A DNA stretch of 63,420 nt, the filler included, from Dimorphilus gyrociliatus (taxonomy: Eukaryota; Animalia; Annelida): the NCBI GenBank assembly GCA_904063045.1. It is 4 parts of 4 records of this genome, joined end to end, with 100 filler letters (N's around TTAATTAATTAA, not from the genome) between each part and the next. Parts side by side here need not be neighbours in the genome. Positions count along the whole stretch, not along the records: positions 32,803 to 58,586 come from CAJFCJ010000220.1; positions 58,687 to 63,420 come from CAJFCJ010000333.1; 2 more parts are not named here. The stretch is one strand, 5' to 3'. Position 1 is the first letter of the stretch, and each line of letters opens with the position of its first letter. Below the pieces are notes generated by a model. That model ran no database searches and was not told where the DNA came from. It was given only the letters and a program-made list of their open reading frames with translations. Positions 50,190-62,329 of this stretch are shown in pieces. Position numbers and translations under genes: made by a program.

Positions 50190-51290
50190 ATCTTGTAAAA
50201 ATCTGCACAAGAAAATGCAATAACATTTGGCCAAACATAAATGTTGATTAGCCATTCTGAAGGTTCATCTTTAATTGCCAGTTAAGGTTTTGCCAATTTA
50301 TAATTCAATAAGCCTTCCTAAATGTTGAACTTATAACATCCTTTTACTAAAGATATACTGTATATAAGCTAGACAGTTTGGCAGTTGTAAAGTGATGATT
50401 GGATATAAGAAGCAATTCACAAAGTATATAAATTCTCACTGTTTCATTCCAAGCATCTCATCATGTTGTACTGCTCTTGCTGGCAAAATCTATGCATTTG
50501 CAAGTTATAAAAATACTGGTTCTACTCAAACCTTTAAACAAATGTTTAAATTAAAACAGTTTATTCGCAATAATAATACTTAAGGGAGTAACAAAATGAG
50601 AATTCGATAGCAGAGTAGATAGTTTGTAAAAGCAGGTTGCCAAATTACCAAACTGTCTTCCAATGTTGAGGAGTAGATGGATGGTTCCAGTGGAGGTTGT
50701 TTCCAGATGATTTTCCCAGGTCCTTAGGTCCAGATGGAAGCTGCATGCCAAATGAGAATAGTGAGGATTTATATACTTTGAGGTTTGCCTCTGACATCCA
50801 ATCATCACTTTACAGTTGCCGAAATGTGTAGTTCATATTTATGTTTAGTAAGAGAATGTTACAAGGTTGAACATTTAGGAAGGTTAACTGAATTATAACT
50901 TGGCCACACCCTAGGCAAGTTAATTAAATTATAACTTGGCCAAACCTTTATTGGTAATTAAAGATGAGCCTTCAAGCTGACTAATCAGACTTATGTTTGG
51001 CCAATGTTATAGCATTTTCTTGCATAGGTTTTAAGATGTACATGTATATGTTGCATAAAATAATAGAGTTCAAGCATGTAATATATAACCAAAGTTGTAC
51101 AATGTCTCCAATTGATCACCTTAGAGGATCAAGTCTTGCACTCCTCAACATTGGATTCTGATTTGGTAATTGATATTGCAAACCATCTGCTCTGCTAGTG
51201 AACTTTTACATTGTTACTTGTTTGAGTATTCTATTATGATTAAACCATTTCAATTGAACATTTGTTTAAAGGTTTGAGTAGAACCAGTAT
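50190..51290 (+). mobile_element. Older diverged LTR of the same family, split by the young copy at 50467-51101
   Basis: 50190-50462 matches the 5' part of the family consensus and 51106-51290 the 3' part (ctcctcaacatt...ggtttgagtagaaccagtat). Confidence 0.8.
50467..51101 (-). mobile_element. Solo LTR, family copy with ATGT target-site duplication
   Basis: ATGT(50463-66)|TGTAC...GTACA|ATGT(51102-05); closely similar to the copy at 33630. Confidence 0.9.
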
Positions 51291-53740
51291 ATTAGTTGTT
51301 CACATATTTCACACATAGACATGGACGGTTTTTACAATTATTCTTCAGCTTTGGGTACCAGAATGTATATTCCAAAGTTTGTGTGATGGTTTCAAGGTCA
51401 CAATGTATGAATAGGGGATGTGATTCATCTGCTTAAATTGCATTGTTTGTGATTCAATTTGATAGAATAGGCAAGGTAGGGTGGATGGATTAGGTTCTTT
51501 TTGATAATAAGTTGTCCAAACTTGTGGTGTTTTCAACAACATTTAGCTGAAACCATGCTGTGGTTAAACCATATCCATAATGGAGTTAAATCGTAACCAG
51601 TTTTATGGAGAGGGAGATGTACACATACATTCGTCAGCTATATTCTACAATAGAGAAGTAGTATTGAACCAGTATTGTACTATGCAGATAGCACTGATAA
51701 AGATAAGCAGTAGTGACCTAGTTTCGCATAGGGCAGTGCATACACATTATGCAGTAATAAAACCTATTGAATTATATAAAGAATATTTGCTATTTGCAAC
51801 CTAGCATTAATATTACAATTTATTAATCCATAAATTTATGATTTCGAACTAAAACTAGTTCAATTAATTATCAATTATGCTTAAATTCTAAGTTTAGATT
51901 ATATTCACTATTCAACAGTATTGTATACACAATACTGTTCTTTTTAACATGCATTAATCAGATATACTTCCTCCTTATATGCTGATGATAAATTTACTAA
52001 CTCAATCAATTGAATATCATTATTAAGGTAGAATATAAAAACGGTCAAATATACAATCTACATGTTTTCTTGATTGTTGGACTTGTCCTACTAAAATTGT
52101 TACATCTTATGCAACTCTCCAACCTTTGAAATTCAACTATTATTTAGAAGAGGAAAACAATAAAAACATGACCATATTTAGAACTTTTCTTTGTCTTCAA
52201 ATGTTACTTTTGTTTTTGTGAACATTGAAATTTGTGAACTATCAACCCTTAAAAGAGTATATAAACCCTACGAAATTAACAGGTGATAGTTCAGTTTTCT
52301 AACCATCAGCTAGTTGTTTAAACTAGCTTGTTTAGAACTAGAAGCTCATTTTACTCAATACATATTCTTTGGACGAAATACTGGTGTTTTGTTAATCAAT
52401 TTCTACCGAAATTGCCTTTGTTAGACTATTTGTGGACGAACTTTAAAGGTTCTATTTGGACCAGTACTTTGGCAAGTTGGTAAATGATTGGAAAGGACGA
52501 TTACAGTTGTGACGAACCAGAAATTCCTACAATTACAATACAACAAAGTACAGGAGAAAAAGATATTTCCTTCTTGCTAACCATTTTTCAATCCAAAATC
52601 TAGCCTTCAATTTCTCATTTGTGGACATTTTCTGTCTGCCCCAAAGCTATCCACTCAGAAGATTGATTCATAGCCCTTATGTCTCTTATCTTCCTCTTTC
52701 ACTATTGTAATTTAACAATAGACATGTTGAGCATATATTTTTTTATTAAATGCTTCACTGAGCATTCTAATGATTCTAATTCATTGATTGAAAGCTGTTT
52801 AAAAGGTACTGGTACGAAAATCCAAATTCCATAAATCAGATCTTCTCTTTATAAGCTAGTGGACGCCATTTTTGTGATTTTTATATTTCAGTTAAAACTA
52901 TTAAGTCTATAATTTAAAAAAATTGCGCTTTTGCTCAAGAGAACCTTTGTTGTATTGATAAAGAGAATTGATACGTAAAAAGAGATTGATAATTGTTTGA
53001 CAAAAGCTCAAAATATCATCATGATTACACAGCAATGAAATTGTCCTGGAAACAAGACACAACAATGAAAAATTTGATAACCTATTGTTGCCAGATTTTA
53101 AAAGATTTAACAGAAAATATGTAGCCCATGTCTCTGTCTGAGTCATTTGATTAATTATAACTGTTTAGACAACATCCTGAATTTGTCAATTGCTGTCTTT
53201 ATTATGATTTCATTTTCTCTTGATTTATCAGCTTCTCTAAATCAGCTATACCTGAATCTGTTCCATAGTGATTTAAGTAAAATGTATCATACTCTTTATA
53301 CCATTTTTCATTGCTTTCACTAAATTCTTTTCCAGATTTTTTCTTATCCATTTCATCATCCTTAGATTTGGTGAAAATATTACAAGACATTACATGTTCT
53401 TTAGGAGAAGGGTTCTGGGTGTCTCTATTAGTTTTCCTTGCAACTGTATCAGGTCTTGATTTAAAATATTTACTGTGTAACATGAATTGATTTGGACACC
53501 TTAGTACAATTAGATATTTGAGATTGTGGTCATAGAGAGGTATTTTAAGCATCTTTTCTGTATTCTAATATTGAAAAAGATAAAATATCATATATTTGGG
53601 TTAGGTTGAAGAAATTACATAGTTAAAATTGTAGTGATATTTACTCTAAAATTTTGCTGAAATATTGCTTTCAACAGTGCTCAACAACTGACATAAGAAT
53701 ACTTAAAAGAATTTTCTATATATACCATTGTGTTTCTTCT

Positions 53741-54960
53741 TTAAGCATATATCAATAAATTTCCCACATATTTCTGATTATGTAAGAAAAAAAAGCCACT
53801 CCAAGATGTCTGACACCCATTTTCACTGCTAACAATCTCAGTACTTTGCCTAATCTCCTGATAAGGTTTTGAGAGAGAATTTAGTGATTATATTCCAGCA
53901 ATGCTAAAAGTATCACTATGGAAACTTTGATCTTTGAAGAGAGCAGTATTAGATCTTAAACCATTTGTTAGCATTAAAAAATCTCTATTTGAAGATAGAG
54001 AAGTTGTGGCAGTAGATGATATAAAGTACAATCCATTCTTTTTTATGTTTAATGAGTTTGTAGATGTATTGAATAAGTCACCATTGTCATGATTTACTTT
54101 ACTCCATACCAATCTTCCAGGTCGTAATAAAGTAGATCTTGTCATAGATACCATAAAAGCTGGGTTTTTATTTAAATTGCATGGAGGATTTGAGCATAGT
54201 AAAACATCAACTGAATTTCCTGGACAATCAGCTCCTCCATTGGATGGTGGAGGGTTTGTACAGTTTCTTACACAGGTTCGAAGACCATCTCCACAATTTG
54301 GATTGCATTCACTGCACGTAGACCATTCTGACCATCCTCCTGGTATTCTACACATGGATTCATCAGCCGTAACACATACTTTTGTTGCGCAATCTCGAAT
54401 GTTTAATGATGGACTAAAAAAATAACCTGGTGGACATTGTTGGGGCCAAGCAACACCATTATAGCAGTGATAATATTGCCTACAATCATTCTTGTTAGGA
54501 TATGTTCCATTTTGACTATCTTCACAGTCAGAATTTCTAACATAACACAATTTGTCAACTTTATTAACAATATCAACATCTGCTGAATGTTCAATACTAT
54601 CATTAGATTCTAAAATCATTGATGAGTCATCTCCTGGACAATCAGCCATATGTGGTTCAACACACATACTATATTTGCAATTGGTTAGGGAGATGGTAAA
54701 TAAAAGTCCAGGAGGACATTGTTGAGGATGAGCTGTACCATTTATACAATTATAGTAAATTCCACAGTTATCAGGGTCAGCAAAGGCACCCTCAATAGGC
54801 TTCAATTCAGAGTTGACAGGACAAACAAATCCAGAAAAATGTACTCAACTAATGTAAATACTATTCAAAAGTAAAAGAAAAATGTTATAAATTATTAATG
54901 AAACTCTTAAAAAGAAACAAAAAACTATTAACACAATAAAGCAGTTGCTAACAACTTCAT
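53741..54960 (-). CDS. Secreted protein: signal peptide, two chitin-binding CBM14 (peritrophin-A) domains, TSP1 repeat, C1q domain
   Basis: MKLLATALL, then a short intron, then two C..YY.C.NG...QQCPPG..F...C units, GGWSEWS.C..CGDG....RNCTNPPPSNGGADC, and C1q motifs PAFMV, DNGDLFN, GLYFIS and SWSGFF (3' part after a frameshift). The end is approximate. Confidence 0.85.
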
Positions 54961-55819
54961 ATTCTTTCTCTCAAGTGGGATGAAAGTCACTGTTGAAAAT
55001 TTCATTTTCCTTTTTATGTGTTCAATTTTGTCTCTGATAAGAAAATCTTTTTTTACCTGAAATAAAAACTTTTAATCTTATTGCGAAATAATTTAAAGAT
55101 AATGCAATATCATTCATTTTATGAATTGAGAAAGATTTACACCAGTAATTTTCTAGCATTCCTTTTTTTATTTTTGGATTTTTTTTAAGCATTTGAAAAC
55201 AATTTTTTAATTCAAAATTTGATTATAATATAATAACAGAAAGTTAATAAGACAACTATTTAGTACAATTTTTTTGACAAGGATCAAAGACCCTGGGAGT
55301 TTTCTAGAACTTTTAGTACTTTAAAGTAATCTAGTATAATGTAGTATGCTTGTTATACATTTATAAAGACACTTGACAATAACTTGGGAATGGTTGATAA
55401 GGGCTGGGAGTAAATAGCTCAGTAGGCTAAAATTTAGGGTAAAATTTTTGCAACTTTTAAGGTTAGGCAAAATTTCCATTTCAATCATTTCCAGTTGCTG
55501 TAGGGCTTAATTAGGGTTGTTAGGGCTAAACAAACATCAAAAAGTGGGCTGTTTTTATTCAGATTCCAGTTGATTCTTTAAAATTAATTTGGAAATGGAC
55601 ATATTTAGATTTGAAGCAACTCTGAAATTGTACATTTGCACAGAACTCAATGATTTTCACCTCAATAAAACTTATTTATTTAGCCAAATTCACAATAAAT
55701 CAGCAATAAAAAAGCCTAAGAAACTTGAACAATGGAATGTAAGAAATATGAAATATGTCCAAATTGTGTTATACAAATTGTGAGAGGTATATTAAAAAGA
55801 GTTAAACATCAAACTATAC

Positions 55820-57584
55820 CTGTATATTTCGAAGGATTGATTGCTTGAAATGAAAACAACATCCTTGTAAGTCAACTCCTGGAAAAACTTGTGTTACTGC
55901 AGTCCAAAGACCTTTCTCAAAATCTAAAACAACTTTTTGTAGTTTTCTGTCACTTATTAAACAATCTACTGCCTATGAATGAAAAAACAAACATTCATTT
56001 CTTTTAAGATATATATAATAATTTTACCTTGAAAACTTCAATGTAATGCTTCCTCTTCTTTCCACTCATGAAAATAAATAAAAGTGGAACTTGAAGATAT
56101 TCACCATTGTTTTTAATGAAGCCATGAATAGAGAATAGTTGATAGAATGGCTCTTTAACCACTTTAAAAGTCCCATCAATAAACCATATTTTACACTTAG
56201 CCAACAATTCCAATTGATATTTAGTTCCAAATATGATGCTTCTATGTTTTTCGCCTTGTATGTCTTTTAAAAGAAATTATTTGGGATCTGATCCATTTCT
56301 AGTTCAAAAAATAAGTTATCTGGGTGTTTTGGCTTTTGATTTTCTTTATATCTGTTTGCTGATCTTTTAATTGATTCAATTTGAGGCAAAGAATTAGCAT
56401 TGTCTCTAAAGTCCATTGCAACATCTTCAGCCAATCTTTTTCCAGACCTTTCACTTCTTTCCAAAATGAGTTTCTTTAAATATACTCTTGCTTTGATTCT
56501 TTGTTCCAGACTCTTTTCATTATTAAAATGAGTATGATCTTTTTTCACAATGAATCTTGAACCTTTTTGGATAATGTATGCTGTACAGCTTTGTGTTTTT
56601 GATCTCTGAGTACATTTCCAAGTTTTAGATGTTTTTGTAGTATTCTTAATTGTGTATGAGAAGTTCTTATGTAATAAAATATCTTTTCCTTTCCTACTTC
56701 CTCCTTCTATTATTTGAAAAGTATCAACATTTTCAGCATCAGAACTGACTTCCTGACTTTTATTGAATGAAATTTCATCATGTACATCAATTCTTCTTTC
56801 TTGATCATTATCTGATGAATGACTTCTTCCTTCCTCATTTTCCACAAAGTTATTTTCAAAATCAAATGATAATGTTAACTGTAAGCAGAATTTCATGTTA
56901 ATAATTGAAGAAAGATTAAGTTTAATACATCACCTGATTTTCTTCCTGAAAGGTTTTATTAACAGTAGACATATGTTTAGGACTACTTTTATCAAATCCA
57001 TTTTCTTCCATCATTTGATCTACTCTTCTTATTCTGATAACAACTTGTTGTTTTGTAATATTGAAACAATCAACACAATAATCAGCATCTGCTTTATAAA
57101 AAAATTCATTGAAATAAATGAAAAAAAATAAATTCGATTACCTTTTGAGCACTTTTGGTGATAAAAGTCTTTACATAATTTGCATCTTATTTTTTGCTGA
57201 TTCCAATAAAATTTCCTCATACAACACCAACAGGTTTTTAAATTCATTTTTACACCAATCAATTCAATAGTTAAACCAATCTCTGTAAAGTATCATTCAA
57301 ATAATAAAAATTCATTTAATTCAAAAGACTTTTCCTTCAGAGGAACAGGAAATAGATTTGTAAAAAAAGCTGGTAACAGTAACATTAATGAGGTATGTTT
57401 TGCTGAGAATATCAAAGATATAAAAATAACAGTAAAATAACAAAAAACAAAATGTAATAAGTAGAACATCACTCTTTCCCTACTGAAGGGTCAATCAATC
57501 TTGAAAGGGATAAAGTATCCCTGAAATGGGGTGAACTGTCTCTAAAATGGGGCGAACTGTCCAGGGGCAAACTGTCCTGACCCC
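55820..57584 (-). mobile_element. Intron-containing MULE transposase (PHD-like finger, FLYWCH, MULE DDE) with one repeat-rich terminus; 3' part lost
   Basis: CWCC..CKLCKDFYHQKC; TWKCTQR..C..HTH; WFIDGTFKVV; intron 55973-56027; exon VVLDFEKGLW..GCCFHFKQ. Terminal gggg(c/t)gaactgtcc repeats at 57520-57584. Confidence 0.88.
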
Positions 57585-57602
57585 AAAAATTATATCAAAG
57601 AT

Positions 57603-58444
57603 ATGTTTGTGAAAGAAGATCTAGTATGGTATCTAAATGGCTGTCAACCACTACTTGTAATTCCTCTATCAACTTTAAGTAATTATTTCCCAATATTTGG
57701 TATTCCAGAAGAAATTCTCACAGACCAAGGACGAAATTTTCTTGGAGAAATATTTACAAAAGAGGTAACATTAATGGGAATAAGAAAAATTAAAACAACA
57801 GCATTTCATAGCCAAAGTAATGGAATGGTAGAAAGAAAGAATTTGGAAATTCAGAAAGCACTACATAAACATGTAGTTCTGGAACAATTGACAGATTGGA
57901 CAAGACAATTACCAATAATCCAGACATGTTTAAACCAAATTCCAGTTGGAAGCACTGGTAAAACTGCACATGAAATATTATTTGGATTAAAAAATAGAAA
58001 TGTTTTAGATTTATTAATGGAAATTCCAAGATTAGAACCAACAACAAACTTCTTATTTGATAGGAAACATGAACTATAAGAAATTAGAGCAACAACACTT
58101 TGTAAATCCATTTTGAAAAAGAAGGAATATTGAGATAGAGCCTATAAAACAATTACCAGAAAACCACCAATTTACAAAGTGGATGACTGGGTACACATAA
58201 GAAATGAACACATTGGTCAAGGAATGAACAGAATAAATACAAGCAAATGGAATGGACACCATACCTTGTAACTGCTACTGATACTACAAAATGTTTATAT
58301 GAATTGGAAATATTGGCAGATAAAAGCAAATTCTATCATGCTAGTAGATTAAGACTAGCTAACAAACAACCTATACCAGTTAATGCAATTAAAGTAGAAA
58401 GCAACAAAGATCTGGTCAAACACTTCCTATCAGAGGATCTATAA
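57603..58444 (+). mobile_element. Ty3/Gypsy integrase (DDE core plus C-terminal module), degenerate
   Basis: FGIPEEILTDQGRNF, TTAFHSQSNGMVERKN, TGKTAHEILFG, YKVDDWV and HASRLR, with stops and a frameshift. Confidence 0.92.
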
Positions 58445-58586
58445 TCTACACTTTGCTCACAATCTGTTGTTTAAACTTGGTTCAAGCAAATGTATCCATA
58501 ACAAAAGCAAACATAACTGTAAGAATGCTACACAGTACAGCTTTGCCAAGGACAGCAAGTAATCAATCATTTGATTTAGCAGATGA
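58393..58586 (+). CDS. Start of a putative env-like glycoprotein ORF overlapping the end of pol; truncated
   Basis: Open frame SRKQQRSGQTLPIRGSIIYTLLTICCLNLVQA-NVSITKANITVR..NQS: a signal-like stretch plus three N-X-S/T sequons. Confidence 0.4.
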
Positions 58587-58686
58587 NNNNNNNNNNNNNN
58601 NNNNNNNNNNNNNNNNNNNNNNNNNNNNNNTTAATTAATTAANNNNNNNNNNNNNNNNNNNNNNNNNNNNNNNNNNNNNNNNNNNN
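58587..58686. other. Artificial scaffold spacer
   Basis: 44 N + TTAATTAATTAA + 44 N. Confidence 0.99.
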
Positions 58687-58705
58687 TTTACTATGAATTT
58701 TGTAT

Positions 58706-60692
58706 TTAACGCCATAAATTTTTGAAGATTACTAAAAAATTGAATTGATTGAGTAGTAAAGGATATAAATTGTCTTTTATATCGTACGTTTCTTCAATAT
58801 GTTTTCTAATTTTACAGTCTTTTAATTTTGTACTATTTCTATAACATTCCACTTTGGCGTAAAACGGAAATAGTGATATATGCTTATCAAGAAACATTCT
58901 GCTTCTCCATCTTACCAATTGGCCAGTTGAAAAACCAAAATTATTACAAATCATATCTAATACTCGATTATTCAGGTATAGTACACATGGTCCAAGCCAC
59001 ATTCCTTGTAAGAAAAATTGAGGTATTCCATATATAGTATGCACTTTTGTGGATGTTCTGTTGTTCAAAATGTTCAAATTTGACATTATAAACCTTCTAC
59101 TTCTCTCTATAGGGTCAATTTTATGTTTCAAATTATTAATAATTAATAGGATTAATTAGCTTAGTGAGCTTAGTGTTTCTTAACCTTTGAAGAAATTGTT
59201 AGGGCACGAAAAAGTATATCTCTTTGAAATACGAATTCCTTTTTCAGGTGTAAACATTCGCAGTTTACACGATGAGAGTACATCATGACTTTGCAGAGAG
59301 CAGTCTTCTAATACATAATCAGTTGCAGTATTCTTAAAAGAGAACAATTAATAGAAGAGCGATAAAGATAAATATATATATATATATATATATAACTAAT
59401 CATTTACAGATATCATTGAACATTTCTTGTCATCAACAAAGTACTACTTGGGTATAACAATAAAGGATAGTTAAAAGTTCAAGTTGATCAATATACTTGT
59501 ATTTCATACTTTATCATCTTGAGGATACTTTGAATAAAACATTATAAACTTATTACTGTCGTATTGTAATTTATTACATAAAAGGTTTTTCATTGTTAGG
59601 TTAGATAAGTTTAAAGATTTTGGATTAAATTTAAATTCTAATATTCCAAGTGTTTTTGATAGAAGAACAGGCTCTATATTTGAAGCTTTCTTTGTGTAAT
59701 ACGTTTGAGATTCTTTTGCTTTAATCGATAAATCTATAATAATATTTAGGTATTTTATTAAAATTAGGTTAAAATATTGTTTTTATCATAGATGTACTAT
59801 ATACCTTCAATTTCGTAATATGAACAAGAAATTTCAATTGCTTCTTCGTCCTCTTCTTCACTTCCATACATAAAAAGCGGATCCTTCTCTTCATCAAAAT
59901 CATGCATAACAGCATCCTGGTCAAGTAACCTAGGCTCTTTTTTTACAAAGAATTCAACTCTCTTGCATATTTCTTTCCTTATTGAAGAGTTAGATATAAA
60001 TAATAATCCGCGGATTATTCCCTGGATTGAATGAAAATATACAGAATATCTTTGATTTTCCACCTTTTCAAGGGCAAAAAAAACTGAAAAGCAGCCAAGT
60101 TAAAATGAAAATTCTAATGAAGGCCTATATTGTATTATTTACAACGCCCTTCACTTTTATAGCATTTCAAGCAAACTTTATATGGGTCATAATATTGATA
60201 GTATTTATCAAAGGTACTGTAAGAAAACAAAGACTTTAAATGATTTTTTAGATAGTATAGTAATGATTGATCGATTAATCTTACAAGTTACAACATTTTT
60301 GATTATTAATTATAGCTGCAGTTATTGCGTAACTTCCTGAAAAACATAAAGATATTAATAATCAGAAATTTATCGTTATTTATTAAATAAAGACGTAAGT
60401 AATGATAATAAAATATACCGAAACTTAATTCACATGGAAAAATCATTGGATTTAGTTCAGAGTAGCCCAAATATTTACAAAGTTCTTTATATTTTTCAAT
60501 TAAACAGGTTGCGTAACGAACTGGAACCATTTTTTTAATAAATGGACTAAAAACGTATACTTTTCCAATTGCATAATTGTACGTCTCTTCGTAAACCATT
60601 AGTTCAACTGTACTTGAATATCTCTTTTCCGTTAAAGTTGTTGAAAAGTTGATTAAAAGAAGATTGACGATGCCTAAGTAAAAGTTTAACAT
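58706..60692 (-). CDS. Multi-exon secreted or membrane protein with divergent SRCR-like domains; 3' part probably beyond the scaffold start
   Basis: Signal-like MLNFYLGIVNLLLINFSTT (ATG at 60692). GKVYV..LCKYLGY and GIPQFFLQGMWLGPC..MICNNFGF..KVECYRNSTKLKDC follow SRCR cysteine spacing. Intermediate exons at ~59800-60060 and ~59200-59340. Confidence 0.6.
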
Positions 60693-60927
60693 TATTTCCC
60701 TGTCTTTTTCGCGGACATGAATAATTAAAATTTGCAAATAGACAATAACATAGTCTTTTTTTTTCTTAACTATAATATTCAAGAGGATATATTTTAATCA
60801 ATTTTAGTAGTTTTCTGATATTTAATACTAAAAAGAGATATAAATACCTTTAGAAAAATTTGTTCACAAGTTTAATTTCACTTAGGAGAATTCCTAAATT
60901 AGAAAAGCACACATTTGTAATAGAAGA

Positions 60928-60931
<4 letters not shown>

Positions 60932-60960
<29 letters not shown>
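60932..60960. repeat. (TA)n microsatellite; others at ~59370-59392, ~61777-61797 and (TA)/(GA)n at ~62160-62200
   Basis: Read directly from the sequence; these are confined to the animal-type scaffold D. Confidence 0.95.
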
Positions 60961-62329
60961 GCATGCTACGAACATAACAACATTCTAAACAGACAGTCTA
61001 AATTCATCTGGAATGTTCAATTCAATTTTTTTATATCTAAATAACTTGAAAACAAAAATTCGATAGAACTTTACTTTTTGTTAAAAGAATAGAAAATGAT
61101 AAACTTGACATTTTAGCATTTCTTAATTTTTAATTAATTAATTAATTAACTAATTAATATTAATCTGAATTATTTATTCAACAAATACTATAATTTCAGG
61201 GGAGGATACTACAATGTTTAGTTATTTTCAACAGTTTTCAGTACATTATATTAATAGTTTACTATACAGTTTAGTTCATTTTTTATCTTTAAAAAAGCCT
61301 ATATTAAGTGTATAGTGTTGAGAAGAAAAGTATTTTTTTGTCTAAAATTGAGTTCCAATCAGCGTCTTCACTAACAATCTCCTTTCACATAGTTCTCTTT
61401 TTTTTCGCACTTAAAAAGAAGAAAAGAATGAAATTAAAAGAAAATAAAGTTTAAATATAGATGTTGTCTGTTCAAAGAAACAAGTTGAATGATTAAAAAG
61501 TAATCATTTTTCTTTTTAAAACATTAAAATATATAATGTTCATTAATATAAAAATGGAAAACATTAACTTTATTATTAGATTTTGATATTTCATTTTCTT
61601 AATAAATAGAAACAAAGTAAAAATAGAGATTTTTATTCAAACAGATCGTATTATTTATTTATAAACATGCTTATGTATTATGTAATAATTCGAGGAAGAG
61701 AATTAGGGCATATTATTCACCTGAAAAAGCATATTCACCTGCCCATCAATTTCGTATGCAAAGCTATATGTACAGTATATATATATATATATATATAGAC
61801 AAATATCGATTTTTCTCATTTTACAGAGTTGCGCATAGGGTATATACTACCTCTACATTTGCATATATTATCCTTGTTATTCGTCATAATTTCCACATTT
61901 TTACCAATCCAGTTTTATAATTGCTCCTGTCTTTGAATAATGAACAATGCTAGTTTTCAGGTAAATAACATCACTATATACTATTTTTAAACATTTCATT
62001 CAAATTATCGTTGAATTTACTAGAAATTTATGGATATTTTAACAATTTAAAATAAAAATTCTAGAAATGAAAATCATCCAATTTCATTTTAAAATAATTC
62101 ATTCAAGTGATGAACGATTAATTAATAATGAATAGATTATCTTTATCTAAATTTAGAATATATGTATATATATATATATTGAGAGAGAGAGAGAGAGAGA
62201 TGGAGACACATTCTCTATATTTATAGTATTAATTGTTTCTAAAATAAATACTATTTAGCCTATAATTCATATCTACTTTCACTTTCGTTTATCAAAATAG
62301 AATATATATTCTTAATGTATTTTCAATAG

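Noticed and set aside
52600-53552. Minus-strand ORFs 53202-53552 and 52907-53146 as a gene
   Set aside because: There is no recognisable domain and I could not build a convincing splice model.
55430-55530. Interstitial telomeric repeat (several TTAGGG-like words)
   Set aside because: The words are scattered and imperfect, not a tandem array.
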